Source: an uncultured Desulfosarcina sp.
GTDB taxonomy: Bacteria > Desulfobacterota > Desulfobacteria > Desulfobacterales > Desulfosarcinaceae
Length of the DNA: 64,000 bases
Assembly: GCA_963674945.2 (NCBI GenBank)
Contig: CAXXWQ010000004.1
Coordinates: 2,048,001-2,112,000, forward strand
Direction: 5' to 3'
The translations under genes and the position numbers were made by a program. Positions 49,905-59,250 of this stretch are shown in pieces (the first letter of the stretch is position 1; the number at the start of each line of letters is the position of its first letter). The notes below the pieces were generated by a model. It was not told the DNA's origin, searched no databases, and saw nothing but the letters and a program-made list of their open reading frames with translations.

Positions 49905-51149
49905 ATGTTGATGCAAGCACAAGACGATCTGTTTGTTATAAAAGGAGTGGAAAAAATTGTGACCGGATCCAGACGCCGATTATCGATCTGGGAAGTCGAC
50001 CGCTGCTTCAAATGCCCCATCATTGGAATGTGCATCACCCTTGACGAGCAAAAACGGCTGCTGAAAAAGACGGGGCTTCTGGAAAAAAAGGGCGGCCCCT
50101 TTGAGATGCATGAAATCATGGTATCCTCCATGGATAAGGAGAACCGGCTTTCCCGGAAAATCGACAACCTGCTCGAACGAAAATTCTGCAAGCCGGCCGC
50201 CGCGCTTCTCCAACTTGATGAGGCGGCCCTGTTGGACAATTTCAAGGCGGCAATGGAGGCCGGAGATGCATCAATGGTGTTGTGGGTAACGGCAGTCCGC
50301 CCCGATCTCTCCCCGGCATGTCGCCGAACGATTTTCGGCGATATTCACATGAGCATGCATTGGAATGGCGAGCAATTGATGCGATTGAAACGCAAGATTT
50401 CCCGACAGCAACTCGATCTCGACCGGCTACATAAGCGCCTCGACGATTCTGCTCGGAATCAGAGATCATTAAAAAAAGAAGTAAACGAATGGAGATATAA
50501 GAATAAAACACTGCAAACCGCGATTGCCACGGAGCAGAGAGAAAAACATAAATTGATCGCAGCCATGGCAGAGCCGACTTGTGCTGGTCGCACCGACGAT
50601 CTTGAACAACAAAACCTGGAGTTACGGCAATCCATCGATACCCTCCGCCGGGAACTGGTCCAAGCCAAACGTGAAATCGCTTCCCACGAAGATGAAAACC
50701 GAAAACTGTCATCGCGGCTTTGCAAACAATTCGAAAAAAGCCGTCATTTCCGGGAAGAGGCCCGGTCCATTATCGCCGAAATGACGTCCTTACGCCAATG
50801 TGATGCCAATTGTCCATCCTTCGATCTGTGCCGAAAACGAATATTGATCGTCGGCGGAGTTACGCGCATGGAAGCACTGTTCCGTGATCTCATTGAAAAC
50901 AGCAATGGCATTTTCGAGTACCATGACGGCTACGTTAAAAAAGGTGCCAGAAGTCTCGAAACCAGCCTGAAGCGGGCGGACATGGTGCTCTGCCCGGTCA
51001 ATTGTAACAGTCATGCGGCCTGCTCGATTGTCAAGAATCTGGGGAAAAAACACAACAAGACCGTTCACATACTGGCCAATTCAAGCCTGAGCACGATATC
51101 CCAGGTGATTCGGGGCGGCAAGGACGGCAATGCATGCACACTAAACTGA
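49905..51149 (+). CDS. DUF2325 domain protein (Cys/His N-terminal domain, long coiled coil, C-terminal DUF2325)
   Basis: GGAGGA RBS; RRLSIWEV..CFKCPIIGMC, GDIHMSMH; C-terminal ILIVGG...HDG...ADMVLCPVNCNSHAAC..VK...KK. Confidence 0.85.
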   Translation: MLMQAQDDLFVIKGVEKIVTGSRRRLSIWEVDRCFKCPIIGMCITLDEQKRLLKKTGLLEKKGGPFEMHEIMVSSMDKENRLSRKIDNLLERKFCKPAAALLQLDEAALLDNFKAAMEAGDASMVLWVTAVRPDLSPACRRTIFGDIHMSMHWNGEQLMRLKRKISRQQLDLDRLHKRLDDSARNQRSLKKEVNEWRYKNKTLQTAIATEQREKHKLIAAMAEPTCAGRTDDLEQQNLELRQSIDTLRRELVQAKREIASHEDENRKLSSRLCKQFEKSRHFREEARSIIAEMTSLRQCDANCPSFDLCRKRILIVGGVTRMEALFRDLIENSNGIFEYHDGYVKKGARSLETSLKRADMVLCPVNCNSHAACSIVKNLGKKHNKTVHILANSSLSTISQVIRGGKDGNACTLN

Positions 51150-51207
51150 GAACTACCATCCGTTTTCGACAAAGACATGAAGAAAACGATTTGCTCTACC
51201 TGTAGAT

Positions 51208-51558
51208 ATGAAAGCAATTGAAACGAAAAATGTCCGTGTCGAAATCACCTCGGCGACGCTGCTCCGCCTTCTCGAAAGCGGTCAGGTTTGTGCTACGGAT
51301 CTTCGTTGCCTGGACTGCATATCGAAACAATGCCTCCAACGCCTTTGCATTCAAAGCTGTACATCGTGTTTGCGAAACCGCATCGACCGTGAGCAGGCTG
51401 CGGCATCCGTATGCCGCATTGGAAAACATTATCGCATGACGAAAGGTGCTGTTCCTCTCCCGACAGTTCATCGCGAATGCAAGATTGATGGTCTCGTAAA
51501 AAGTCGCTGTTCGGAAGGATTCGAAAAAAGCCCGAAATCAAGGCTTGCGAATCCGTAA
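51208..51558 (+). CDS. Small Cys-rich hypothetical protein; C-terminus derived from a repeat element
   Basis: RVEITSATLLRLL..GQVCATDLRCLDCISKQCLQRLC; last ~24 codons lie in the repeat at 51487-51559. Confidence 0.7.
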   Translation: MKAIETKNVRVEITSATLLRLLESGQVCATDLRCLDCISKQCLQRLCIQSCTSCLRNRIDREQAAASVCRIGKHYRMTKGAVPLPTVHRECKIDGLVKSRCSEGFEKSPKSRLANP

Positions 51559-51559
51559 G
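51487..51559. repeat. Truncated copy of the 11414 palindromic repeat
   Basis: GGATTCGAAAAAAGCCCGAAATCAAGGCTTGCGAATCC matches the reverse complement of ~11498-11535. Confidence 0.8.
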
Positions 51560-51731
51560 AATACTCTTTATTTGTTTGATATATCTATTTTTCAGATCGT
51601 GTCAAGTATTTTCTCACCCGAAGCGCACTGCCCATTGAAGAGTAGCTATCGTAGATGGATCAGATCCATGTATCGGCAACAAAAAAGTCGTTGACAACCA
51701 CAGCGAATTACTATATGAACGCTTGCACTAA

Positions 51732-51745
51732 TTAGGACCCCCTAA
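51732..51745. promoter_or_regulatory. DtxR-like operator at the second receptor's promoter
   Basis: TTAGGACCCCCTAA downstream of TTGACA (51691). Confidence 0.72.
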
Positions 51746-51759
51746 CTATTTTCTATTTC

Positions 51760-51850
51760 CCTTACGACCTTCGACGCATTAAAACGTGCGACAGGGAGTG
51801 AAGGCGCATCCGGATCCAAACCGCCATTGGATCTGAATGCGCCTTTTTTT
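51760..51850 (+). promoter_or_regulatory. Leader attenuator-like RNA element, copy 6
   Basis: CCTTACG, hairpin CCT..AGG, AGTGAAGGCG (51797), terminator AAGGCGCAT.CGGATCCAA..TTGGATCTG.ATGCGCCTT-TTTTT. Confidence 0.85.
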
Positions 51851-51874
51851 ATGCAAAACTGAAAGATTGCTGAC

Positions 51875-54004
51875 ATGATCGGAAGACTGCTGCTGGGCCT
51901 GTTTTTGATAGTGAGTGTATCATTTCCCGTTTCCGCCGACGCCACTGATAATAAAAAAGAGGAAGAGAAGGAGGATATTGGCAGCATTACTGTGGAGGAC
52001 GAAAGCGAGGCGCTGGCGTTGACCCATTCGCCCATGCCCGTCTCCATTATCGAGATGGAAAAATATCACGGCCGCGCAATCTCCCTCAACGAAGTACTCC
52101 AGCGGGTGGCCGGCGTGCAGATCCGGCAGCAAGGGGGATTGGGAAGCGCGTCCACCATTGCCATCCAAGGCTTGGAAGGCAAACGGGTGAAGGTTTTCAT
52201 CGACGGCAATCCGTTGAATGCGCCCGACGGAACTTTCGGGATCAACGATATCCCCATCCAGTTCATCGAGCGCATCGAGGTTTACAAAGGCGTCGTTCCG
52301 GCTCGGTTCGGCGGTGATGCCTTGGGCGGCGCCGTGAACGTTGTGATCAGGGAATTTACAGGCGATTATGCGGATCTGACATTCTCGGCGGGATCCTACG
52401 ATACCTATCGCGGCACTGCGGTATTGAAAAAAGATTTCATGGACCACAAGTATGAAGTAGGAGTCGGCGGCTTTTACAATTACGCGGCCAATGACTACCT
52501 GATGAATTCCCCGTACGTGGATGGCTTGGAGATCAAACGGGACCATGACGCCTTTCAGTCCATCCTTTATGCGTTTGCGGGATCAGCCAACGATGTCTGG
52601 TTCGATGAAGTCCACCTCGAATTGGTCCGCTATGAATCCCAAAAGGAGATACAGGGAATCAAAACGCCCATCTATGCCGCCGAATCCAACAGCGATCTCA
52701 ATGTTGTGGTGCTTTCCTTTGAAAAGGAACGGTTTTTTTCAGACCGGCTGGAATTTGAGTATGATTTTGTCTTTGCCGACCTCAATCTCAATCTGGTGGA
52801 CAAGGCCCAAACCTGTTACGACTGGAACGGCAACCCGAGACCCTGCCCCGGCGTCGGCGGCGAGATGGAAGGCATCCCCAACGACTCCGACGACCAACAG
52901 GCGGAACTCAGGCATGACCTGAACCTGAATTACAGCTTTTCTAAAGACTACGCCGTCAATTTTCACCTTAATTCCCAGCATTCGAAAAAAGAGCCGCAAG
53001 ACGAATTGGCCGGCGAGGCTCTTGGATACGATATCGGCGCTTTCCCGTCCGATAGCACAAACACCGTCCTGTCCCTGGGCCTCGAATCCTCCCATTTCTC
53101 AGAGGCGATGGCCAATGACATCGGCATAAAGTACTACCTCTATGACTATGAGGTGACATCCCAAGAGAGAGCATTGACGTCAGAACCCGTTCAGACGAAT
53201 AACGACGGCAACGAGTTCGGGTTCTACGAGGCCATCCGCTACGAGCCCATCGAAGGGCTTTTTCTCAAGGCCTCCTACGAGCATGCCTACCGGCTGCCGA
53301 ACAATGACGAGATTTTCGGCGACGGCGTCAACATCACATCTGCTCCGAACCTGAAACCCGAAGAGGCAGACAACTTCAATCTGGGCGTATTCTATGAAAA
53401 ATTCAATTTCTATCGCTTGCCCTGGCTCAAGGCGGAGGCCAACCTCTTCTATCGCTATATCGAAAACCTGATCAAGCTCGAACCGGGTGTCCATACCATG
53501 GGTTATGTCAACCTGGGAGAAGTCGAGGTGACAGGCTTCGAACTAGAGGTCCAGACGGACCTAACCGAGAACTGGTATGTCTACGCCAACTACACCAACC
53601 AATCCTTGGTGGACAAACAGGAAACCCTGGCCGGAACGAATGGAACCCCCAACCCAACCCATGATCATGATCTTCCCAACGTGCCCAATCAATACGCAAA
53701 CTTTGGCATCGAGTACAAGATTCTTGGTCTGTTCATGTATGATTCCCTGTTCAAGATTTTCTGGGAGAGCAACTGGGTGGACGAATATTACTACGGGTGG
53801 GAGTTGAGCCGGTATCAGAACCGCAAAATCGATGCCCAGTTTACCCACACCGCCGGTGTGGAATACTCGTTCATGGACGATATGTGGATCCTCGGCTTCG
53901 AGGTGCGCAACCTGACGGACGAAGAGGTGGTCGATGTCTTCAACTATCCGCTTCCAGGAATCCAATACCGTTTCAACCTCAGATACGTATGGAACCAGTT
54001 GTAA
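51875..54004 (+). CDS. TonB-dependent outer-membrane receptor
   Basis: GSITV; GVQIRQQGGLGS, FIDG, IERIEVYKGVVPARFGGDALGGAVNVV; PNLKPE; RNLTD..PLPG..RFNLRY. Confidence 0.93.
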   Translation: MIGRLLLGLFLIVSVSFPVSADATDNKKEEEKEDIGSITVEDESEALALTHSPMPVSIIEMEKYHGRAISLNEVLQRVAGVQIRQQGGLGSASTIAIQGLEGKRVKVFIDGNPLNAPDGTFGINDIPIQFIERIEVYKGVVPARFGGDALGGAVNVVIREFTGDYADLTFSAGSYDTYRGTAVLKKDFMDHKYEVGVGGFYNYAANDYLMNSPYVDGLEIKRDHDAFQSILYAFAGSANDVWFDEVHLELVRYESQKEIQGIKTPIYAAESNSDLNVVVLSFEKERFFSDRLEFEYDFVFADLNLNLVDKAQTCYDWNGNPRPCPGVGGEMEGIPNDSDDQQAELRHDLNLNYSFSKDYAVNFHLNSQHSKKEPQDELAGEALGYDIGAFPSDSTNTVLSLGLESSHFSEAMANDIGIKYYLYDYEVTSQERALTSEPVQTNNDGNEFGFYEAIRYEPIEGLFLKASYEHAYRLPNNDEIFGDGVNITSAPNLKPEEADNFNLGVFYEKFNFYRLPWLKAEANLFYRYIENLIKLEPGVHTMGYVNLGEVEVTGFELEVQTDLTENWYVYANYTNQSLVDKQETLAGTNGTPNPTHDHDLPNVPNQYANFGIEYKILGLFMYDSLFKIFWESNWVDEYYYGWELSRYQNRKIDAQFTHTAGVEYSFMDDMWILGFEVRNLTDEEVVDVFNYPLPGIQYRFNLRYVWNQL

Positions 54005-54015
54005 AAAAGGAGAAG

Positions 54016-55239
54016 ATGATGCGAAAATCACCGAAAATGATAATGATTGCCTTTGTTCTGCTGACATTGATGATCGGCTGCGGCGACAGCGATGACGACA
54101 GCAGTTCAGCGGGACCGTCCGGCTCCGAACGGAATCCGGACCTGGCCGTGATGGTACGAATCGACGACACCACCGGCTTCATCACCACGATCGACGGACA
54201 AAGCGACACCCACGTCACTAACGCCGACAGCGTCGAAGTCGATCCGGGGTCCGGAATATTTGCTTATGGCGGATACGTCTACCGCACAGGCTCCATGGCC
54301 GACGACAAGATCGCCAAATACGAAGTCAACGCCGACGGCAGCCTCACGAAGATCGCCGAAACCACGGTTTACCAGAGCGGCAATTCCATCCCTACCAGCT
54401 TCATCTTCGTCGACGATACCAAGGCCTACCTTCCCCTGGCCGGAATCGGAGAACTTTTAATCATCGATCCCGGGGATCTGAGCGTTACGAAACGCATCGA
54501 CCTGTCCGCCTATGCCATGGATGCCGACGGTGAATTCGGTGGTGACGACACCAACCCGGAACCGTCCGACGGCGTGATCCGGAACGGCAAACTCTATCTG
54601 GCACTCGCCCAACTTGACAGTTTTGCCACCTATTCTTCCCGCGGCAAGGCCAGCCTGCTGATCATCGATGCGGCCACAGACGAAATCCTCAAGCATATCA
54701 GCGATGACCGCACCAGCACGTCCGGTGTACTCTCCCCCAACAACGGCCTGACCCTGGATGAAAACGGCGACATCTACGTCAATAACCCGGCATCTTTCGG
54801 CTATTATCCGGGCTTGACGGCTGGCATTTTGCGAATCAAAAACGGTGAAGACGATTTCGATCCCGACTACTTCTTTTCCCTCACCGACCTGACCGGTCTT
54901 GACGTTCCCGGCGGTGTCGTCAGTTATGCCTACAACAGCGCTTATCTTAGCGACGGCGCGTTGTATACAACCCTTTTTGTTCCGGGGCTGACCAGCAACC
55001 CGCCAGACTACGTTAACGACAAGAACTATGTCCCATATATGCTGGACCTGTGGAACCAAACCGTCACGAAACTGGACATGCCGGCCACCAATGGCTGGGG
55101 CTCCCACATGATTAAATACAATGGGGAAATCGTCTACGCCATGTCCACAGATTGCGGGCCGGGGCTCTATTACGCCGGTGAGAACGAAGCCTTCGTCACC
55201 GTGGAGGGCAATCCGTTCATGATCGCGAACCTCCAATAG
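54016..55239 (+). CDS. Surface lipoprotein, DUF4374-like / beta-propeller partner of the receptor
   Basis: AAGGAG RBS; lipobox LMIGC; DTKAY, DENGDIYV, GILRIKNGEDDFDPDYFF. Confidence 0.75.
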   Translation: MMRKSPKMIMIAFVLLTLMIGCGDSDDDSSSAGPSGSERNPDLAVMVRIDDTTGFITTIDGQSDTHVTNADSVEVDPGSGIFAYGGYVYRTGSMADDKIAKYEVNADGSLTKIAETTVYQSGNSIPTSFIFVDDTKAYLPLAGIGELLIIDPGDLSVTKRIDLSAYAMDADGEFGGDDTNPEPSDGVIRNGKLYLALAQLDSFATYSSRGKASLLIIDAATDEILKHISDDRTSTSGVLSPNNGLTLDENGDIYVNNPASFGYYPGLTAGILRIKNGEDDFDPDYFFSLTDLTGLDVPGGVVSYAYNSAYLSDGALYTTLFVPGLTSNPPDYVNDKNYVPYMLDLWNQTVTKLDMPATNGWGSHMIKYNGEIVYAMSTDCGPGLYYAGENEAFVTVEGNPFMIANLQ

Positions 55240-55264
55240 AGGAAACAATCGAAAGGAAAGCGAC

Positions 55265-56020
55265 ATGTTTCGGCGAATCGTGGTTCTGACAGCGCTGATG
55301 ACGTTCTCGGCATCTGTCCTATGGGCAGCTGATGCGTTGGATAAAAGCAGACAAATCATCACCCAAACCAACAAGAATCTGCAATCGTCGCAAAAGCGAA
55401 TCGACCAAGCGGACGATGAAATCATGCGCATGCTCGGCGAGTATAAGGCGGCACAGAAGGAGATTGACAATTATCTCGTTTATAACGGACAATTGAAAGA
55501 GATCGTCGATTCTCAGATGGAGGAAATGCGACTGCTCGAAGGCGATATCGACAAGATCGAGGCCACCGGTCTTCAGATCATGCCCTTCATGCAGAAGATG
55601 ATCGACGGGCTGGCCCGGTTCATCACGTCCGACTACCCCTTCCTGCCTGCGGAGCGTAAGGAACGGATCGAACGGCTGAATGCCAATATGAAGCGGGCGG
55701 ATCTGAGCATCGCCGCCAAGTACCGGCAGATTCTGGAAGCCTACCAGATCGAGATCGATTACGGCAATACACTGGAAGCCTACGAAGGGAATCTGGAGGA
55801 CAGGAAGGTCAACTTTTTGAAGATCGGCCGGATCGGCTTGTACTACCTGCGCCTTGACAAAGAGAAATGTGGGGCCTGGGATCCGGTGAAGAAACAGTGG
55901 CAGGAACTTAACGATATCGATTATACTGTTTCCATCGACAAGGCCATTCGGATCGCCAAGAAACAACGATCCCCTGATCTGTTTTTTGCAGCCGTGGCAT
56001 CGGCAAAGGAGAGAAAATGA
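55265..56020 (+). CDS. DUF3450 protein (TtpB-like TonB accessory)
   Basis: SQKRID, PFL..ER..RI, EAYQIEIDYG, FLKIGRIGLYY. Confidence 0.88.
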   Translation: MFRRIVVLTALMTFSASVLWAADALDKSRQIITQTNKNLQSSQKRIDQADDEIMRMLGEYKAAQKEIDNYLVYNGQLKEIVDSQMEEMRLLEGDIDKIEATGLQIMPFMQKMIDGLARFITSDYPFLPAERKERIERLNANMKRADLSIAAKYRQILEAYQIEIDYGNTLEAYEGNLEDRKVNFLKIGRIGLYYLRLDKEKCGAWDPVKKQWQELNDIDYTVSIDKAIRIAKKQRSPDLFFAAVASAKERK

Positions 56021-57342
56021 GAATCGCAATGATGGCTTTTTTCTTCGCTTTATTGCTTGCCGTTACCGGACATGCCGGCGACTTCGATGCCCTTCTCGAA
56101 GAGATCAAATCCCAGACATCCCTGGAACTCAAAGAGAACCGGGCAAGGGAACAAACGTTTCTGGAGGCAAAAAGGGACAAGGCCATACTATTGGCGGAGA
56201 CCAAGGCCGAATTGAAACGTCAGGCGGACGAAAGCGAATCCTTATCCGCCCAAATCGATGAGAATGAAAAGAAACTCACCGAACTAGAAGAGGGCCTGCA
56301 CCGGAAGATGGGCGATCTGGGGGAATTGTATGGCGTGATTCGCCAATTTTCCGGAGAACTCGGCGCGGATTTCGATCACTCCATGATTTCCGTCCACTAT
56401 CCGGAAAGATCACAATATCTGAATCGACTCGCCGAGCGCAAGGAACTGCCCGACATAGATTCTTTGAATCGCATGTGGCTTTCGATGCTGGAAGAGTTGA
56501 ACGAATCCCGCAACGTCTCCCGGTTTACCGCACCCGTCGTTCAGGCGGACGGTTCTGCCAAAAATCAGGAGGTGACCCGCATTGGTACATACGGCGCCGT
56601 TTCGGAAGGCAAGTTTTTGACATACTCCGCTGAAGGAAACGTTTTTGCGACCGCACTGAAGCAGCCGGCAAAGCGTTTTCTGGCTACCGCGGACAACTTT
56701 GAGACGCCGGGCGACGACCTGGTAAAAGTGATGATCGACCCCACGCGAGGGCAGCTACTCAGCCTGTTGACCCAAAAGCCGAACCTGAGAGAGCGAATTC
56801 GCCAGGGAGGAATCATCGGGTATATCATCCTGTCGCTGGGGGCGATCGGTCTTTTGCTATGTTTCGTCCGTTACGGCTATCTCACCTTCGTCCTTACCCG
56901 GATTCGAAAACAGGCGCGTAATCTTGACAACCTGCGGACGGACAATCCGTTGGGGCGGATCGCGCTGGTTTACCGGGAGATTCGCAACAAACCCAGGGAG
57001 CAGCGGGAAGTGATCTGGGAGGAGGCCATCCTTAGAGAGATCCCCCGGGTGGAACGCTACAACACCTTCATCAAGTTGCTTGCGGCCATTTCACCGCTTT
57101 TGGGCCTTTTGGGAACGGTGACCGGTATGATCATCACTTTCCAGTCCATTACGCTTTTCGGAACCAGCGACCCCAAGCTCATGGCAGGGGGCATTTCAAC
57201 CGCCCTGATCACGACGGTTCTCGGGCTTTCCGTCGCCATACCGCTGTTGTTCGCCTATACCTTTATCGCGGCAAAATCCAAGGGCATCGTGGACGTAATC
57301 GAGCATCAGAGCATCGGTCTCATTGCCAAGGCGACCAGATGA
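56017..57342 (+). CDS. Large MotA/TolQ/ExbB protein (TtpC-like)
   Basis: Long periplasmic N-terminal domain (LGELYG, RIG.YGA, IDPTRG) plus NPLGR, PLLGLLGTVTGMI, MAGGISTALITT. Confidence 0.9.
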   Translation: MRIAMMAFFFALLLAVTGHAGDFDALLEEIKSQTSLELKENRAREQTFLEAKRDKAILLAETKAELKRQADESESLSAQIDENEKKLTELEEGLHRKMGDLGELYGVIRQFSGELGADFDHSMISVHYPERSQYLNRLAERKELPDIDSLNRMWLSMLEELNESRNVSRFTAPVVQADGSAKNQEVTRIGTYGAVSEGKFLTYSAEGNVFATALKQPAKRFLATADNFETPGDDLVKVMIDPTRGQLLSLLTQKPNLRERIRQGGIIGYIILSLGAIGLLLCFVRYGYLTFVLTRIRKQARNLDNLRTDNPLGRIALVYREIRNKPREQREVIWEEAILREIPRVERYNTFIKLLAAISPLLGLLGTVTGMIITFQSITLFGTSDPKLMAGGISTALITTVLGLSVAIPLLFAYTFIAAKSKGIVDVIEHQSIGLIAKATR

Positions 57343-57854
57343 GCCCGGTACAGGCCCTATACGCGGTAAACGATTTTCTCGACCAGGGCGGGACGGCGCT
57401 GTATGTGATTTTTCTCATGGCCGTCGTTCTCTGGGTACTGATCATCGAACGCGTGCTGTTTCTCAGATTTTTTTCCCGAAAAGAGGAATCACGACTGCTC
57501 GCCCAATGGAAATCCTATCGGGTACACACAGATTCCGGCAGGATAAGACAATGTCTGCAGGTAGAATTGAAAGAGAGGCTGACGAACGGTTTTGAATTCA
57601 TCAAGGTGCTGATCGCCATCGCCCCTCTGCTCGGTCTGTATGGAACGGTGTATGGGATGATCGAGATCTTCGACGTCATCGCCCAAAGTGGTACCGGCGA
57701 CGCCCGTGCCATGGCCAACGGGATCTCCATGGCCACGCTGTCCACCATGTCGGGAATGGCCGTGGCCATCACAGGGCTTATTTTCAGCCACAAACTCGAA
57801 ACCATGGTCCACCGCAAAACCGGAATGTTCAACGAAAAGTTAGACAGTTTGTAA
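57339..57854 (+). CDS. exbB: ExbB proton channel protein
   Basis: APLLGLYGTVYGMI..F, MANGISMA. Confidence 0.9.
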   Translation: MSPVQALYAVNDFLDQGGTALYVIFLMAVVLWVLIIERVLFLRFFSRKEESRLLAQWKSYRVHTDSGRIRQCLQVELKERLTNGFEFIKVLIAIAPLLGLYGTVYGMIEIFDVIAQSGTGDARAMANGISMATLSTMSGMAVAITGLIFSHKLETMVHRKTGMFNEKLDSL

Positions 57855-58051
57855 CATCAACGCCTTTTCCATTATTCTCGTATGAAACTACGCCAAAATG
57901 GCATAGTTACAGTTGTCGTTCAAACCGGCCAAAGGTCGGCGGCGGCTCTGAATTCTGGATTCTGTTTCCTGAATTCTTTTCACAACATCCCGGTGGAACC
58001 GTTTTATCCAAGGTCCTGAAAAAAGGACCGGATTTTCAGGAAAGCATTGTA

Positions 58052-58459
58052 ATGAGACGCATAAGAAGAGAGAGCGAAGAGCAAACCATCGATCTGACCC
58101 CCATGCTGGATGTGGTGTTCATCATGCTGATCTTTTTCATCGTCACCACCTCTTTTGTGAAAGAGACCGGCATCGACATCAACCGCCCGAGTGCGGCGAC
58201 GGCCGAAAAGAAGTCCAAAGGCAATATCCTTATCGCCATCACGCAAAATGGTGAGATCTGGTTGGATAAGCGCCAGATCGATATCCGGGCAGTACGGGCC
58301 AATATCCAGCGGTTCAAGGCAAAATTTCCCCAAAGTTCCGTGATCATTCAATCCGACACCGAATCGAAAACCGGTATTTTGGTGCGCGTGATGGACCAGA
58401 TCAGACTGGCCGGTGTGCAGAACATCTCCATTGCCGCATCGGTGGACAAAAACGGATGA
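58052..58459 (+). CDS. exbD: ExbD
   Basis: IDLTPMLDVVFIMLIFFIVTTSF, IQSD, VMD. Confidence 0.95.
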   Translation: MRRIRRESEEQTIDLTPMLDVVFIMLIFFIVTTSFVKETGIDINRPSAATAEKKSKGNILIAITQNGEIWLDKRQIDIRAVRANIQRFKAKFPQSSVIIQSDTESKTGILVRVMDQIRLAGVQNISIAASVDKNG

Positions 58460-59250
58460 CACGCATCGCTCTTAGGGTTCGCACAAAAATAAGTTTGCAG
58501 AATTGGTTGTTGAAGCGCCCGCCCGACAAGGCGCGAAAACGTAAGGCATATTTGGGATATTCCGACGTTTTCGCAACGCCGTCGGGCGGGATGAATCGGC
58601 GACCAAAATGTGAACTTATTTTTGCGCGAGCCCTTAGCATCGTACCCGCCGTGGCGGTCGTTTTCGGCCTGTTTTGGATTCTGCAGGGGATGATCCATGT
58701 GGCCGTCGCGCCGCCCACCGTCCGGGAGAAGCTGCACCCGGTGGATTTCGTCCGGCTGAAAAAGGAGCGGCCCTTGATCAAGAAGGAGCGGGTCAAACCC
58801 AAAAAGCCGAAACCCCAAAAAGAGATGCACAAGCCCAAAATCGATATTAAGAAAGAGGTCAAGGTGGAAAAACAGCCTCCGATGCATGCCGATATGGACT
58901 TGGATCTGTCCATCGATCTTTCTGCGGTCAGCGCCCTGGGCGATGCCTATGTGTCCGGATTCGGTAAGCAAGAGATCAACACCAACGTGCTGCCCCTGTC
59001 GACGATCCAGCCCATCTACCCAAAACGGGCCAAGATGATGAAGAAAGAAGGCTATGTGAAGCTGGAATTCACCATCACGCCATTCGGTACGGTCAAAGAT
59101 GTGGAAATCGTTGCGTCGCATCCGGCCAGGCTATTCGACAATTCGGCCAAAAACGCCCTTTTAAAGTGGAAGTTCAAACCCAAGGTCGTGGCCGACCAGG
59201 CCGTGGAACAACGGGCGATGATTCAAATCGATTACCGGTTGAACTCATGA
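58456..59250 (+). CDS. tonB: Energy transducer TonB carrying a 54-aa in-frame MITE insertion
   Basis: TM anchor, Pro/Lys linker, C-terminal P.YP..A....EGYV.LEF.I...G.V...WKFKP. Confidence 0.9.
   Translation: MTRIALRVRTKISLQNWLLKRPPDKARKRKAYLGYSDVFATPSGGMNRRPKCELIFARALSIVPAVAVVFGLFWILQGMIHVAVAPPTVREKLHPVDFVRLKKERPLIKKERVKPKKPKPQKEMHKPKIDIKKEVKVEKQPPMHADMDLDLSIDLSAVSALGDAYVSGFGKQEINTNVLPLSTIQPIYPKRAKMMKKEGYVKLEFTITPFGTVKDVEIVASHPARLFDNSAKNALLKWKFKPKVVADQAVEQRAMIQIDYRLNS
58475..58633. mobile_element. 159-bp MITE with ~25-bp imperfect terminal inverted repeats and TTA target duplication
   Basis: TTA|GGGTTCGCACAAAAATAAGTTTGCA ... TGTGAACTTATTTTTGCGCGAGCCC|TTA; removal restores MTRIALSIVPAV. Confidence 0.88.

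Noticed and set aside
53797..54015. Extended N-terminus of the lipoprotein ORF
   Set aside because: Overlaps the receptor; the ATG at 54016 has an RBS and lipobox.
59166..59246. Extended N-terminus of the TPR ORF
   Set aside because: Overlaps tonB; the ATGA-coupled start at 59247 gives a signal peptide.
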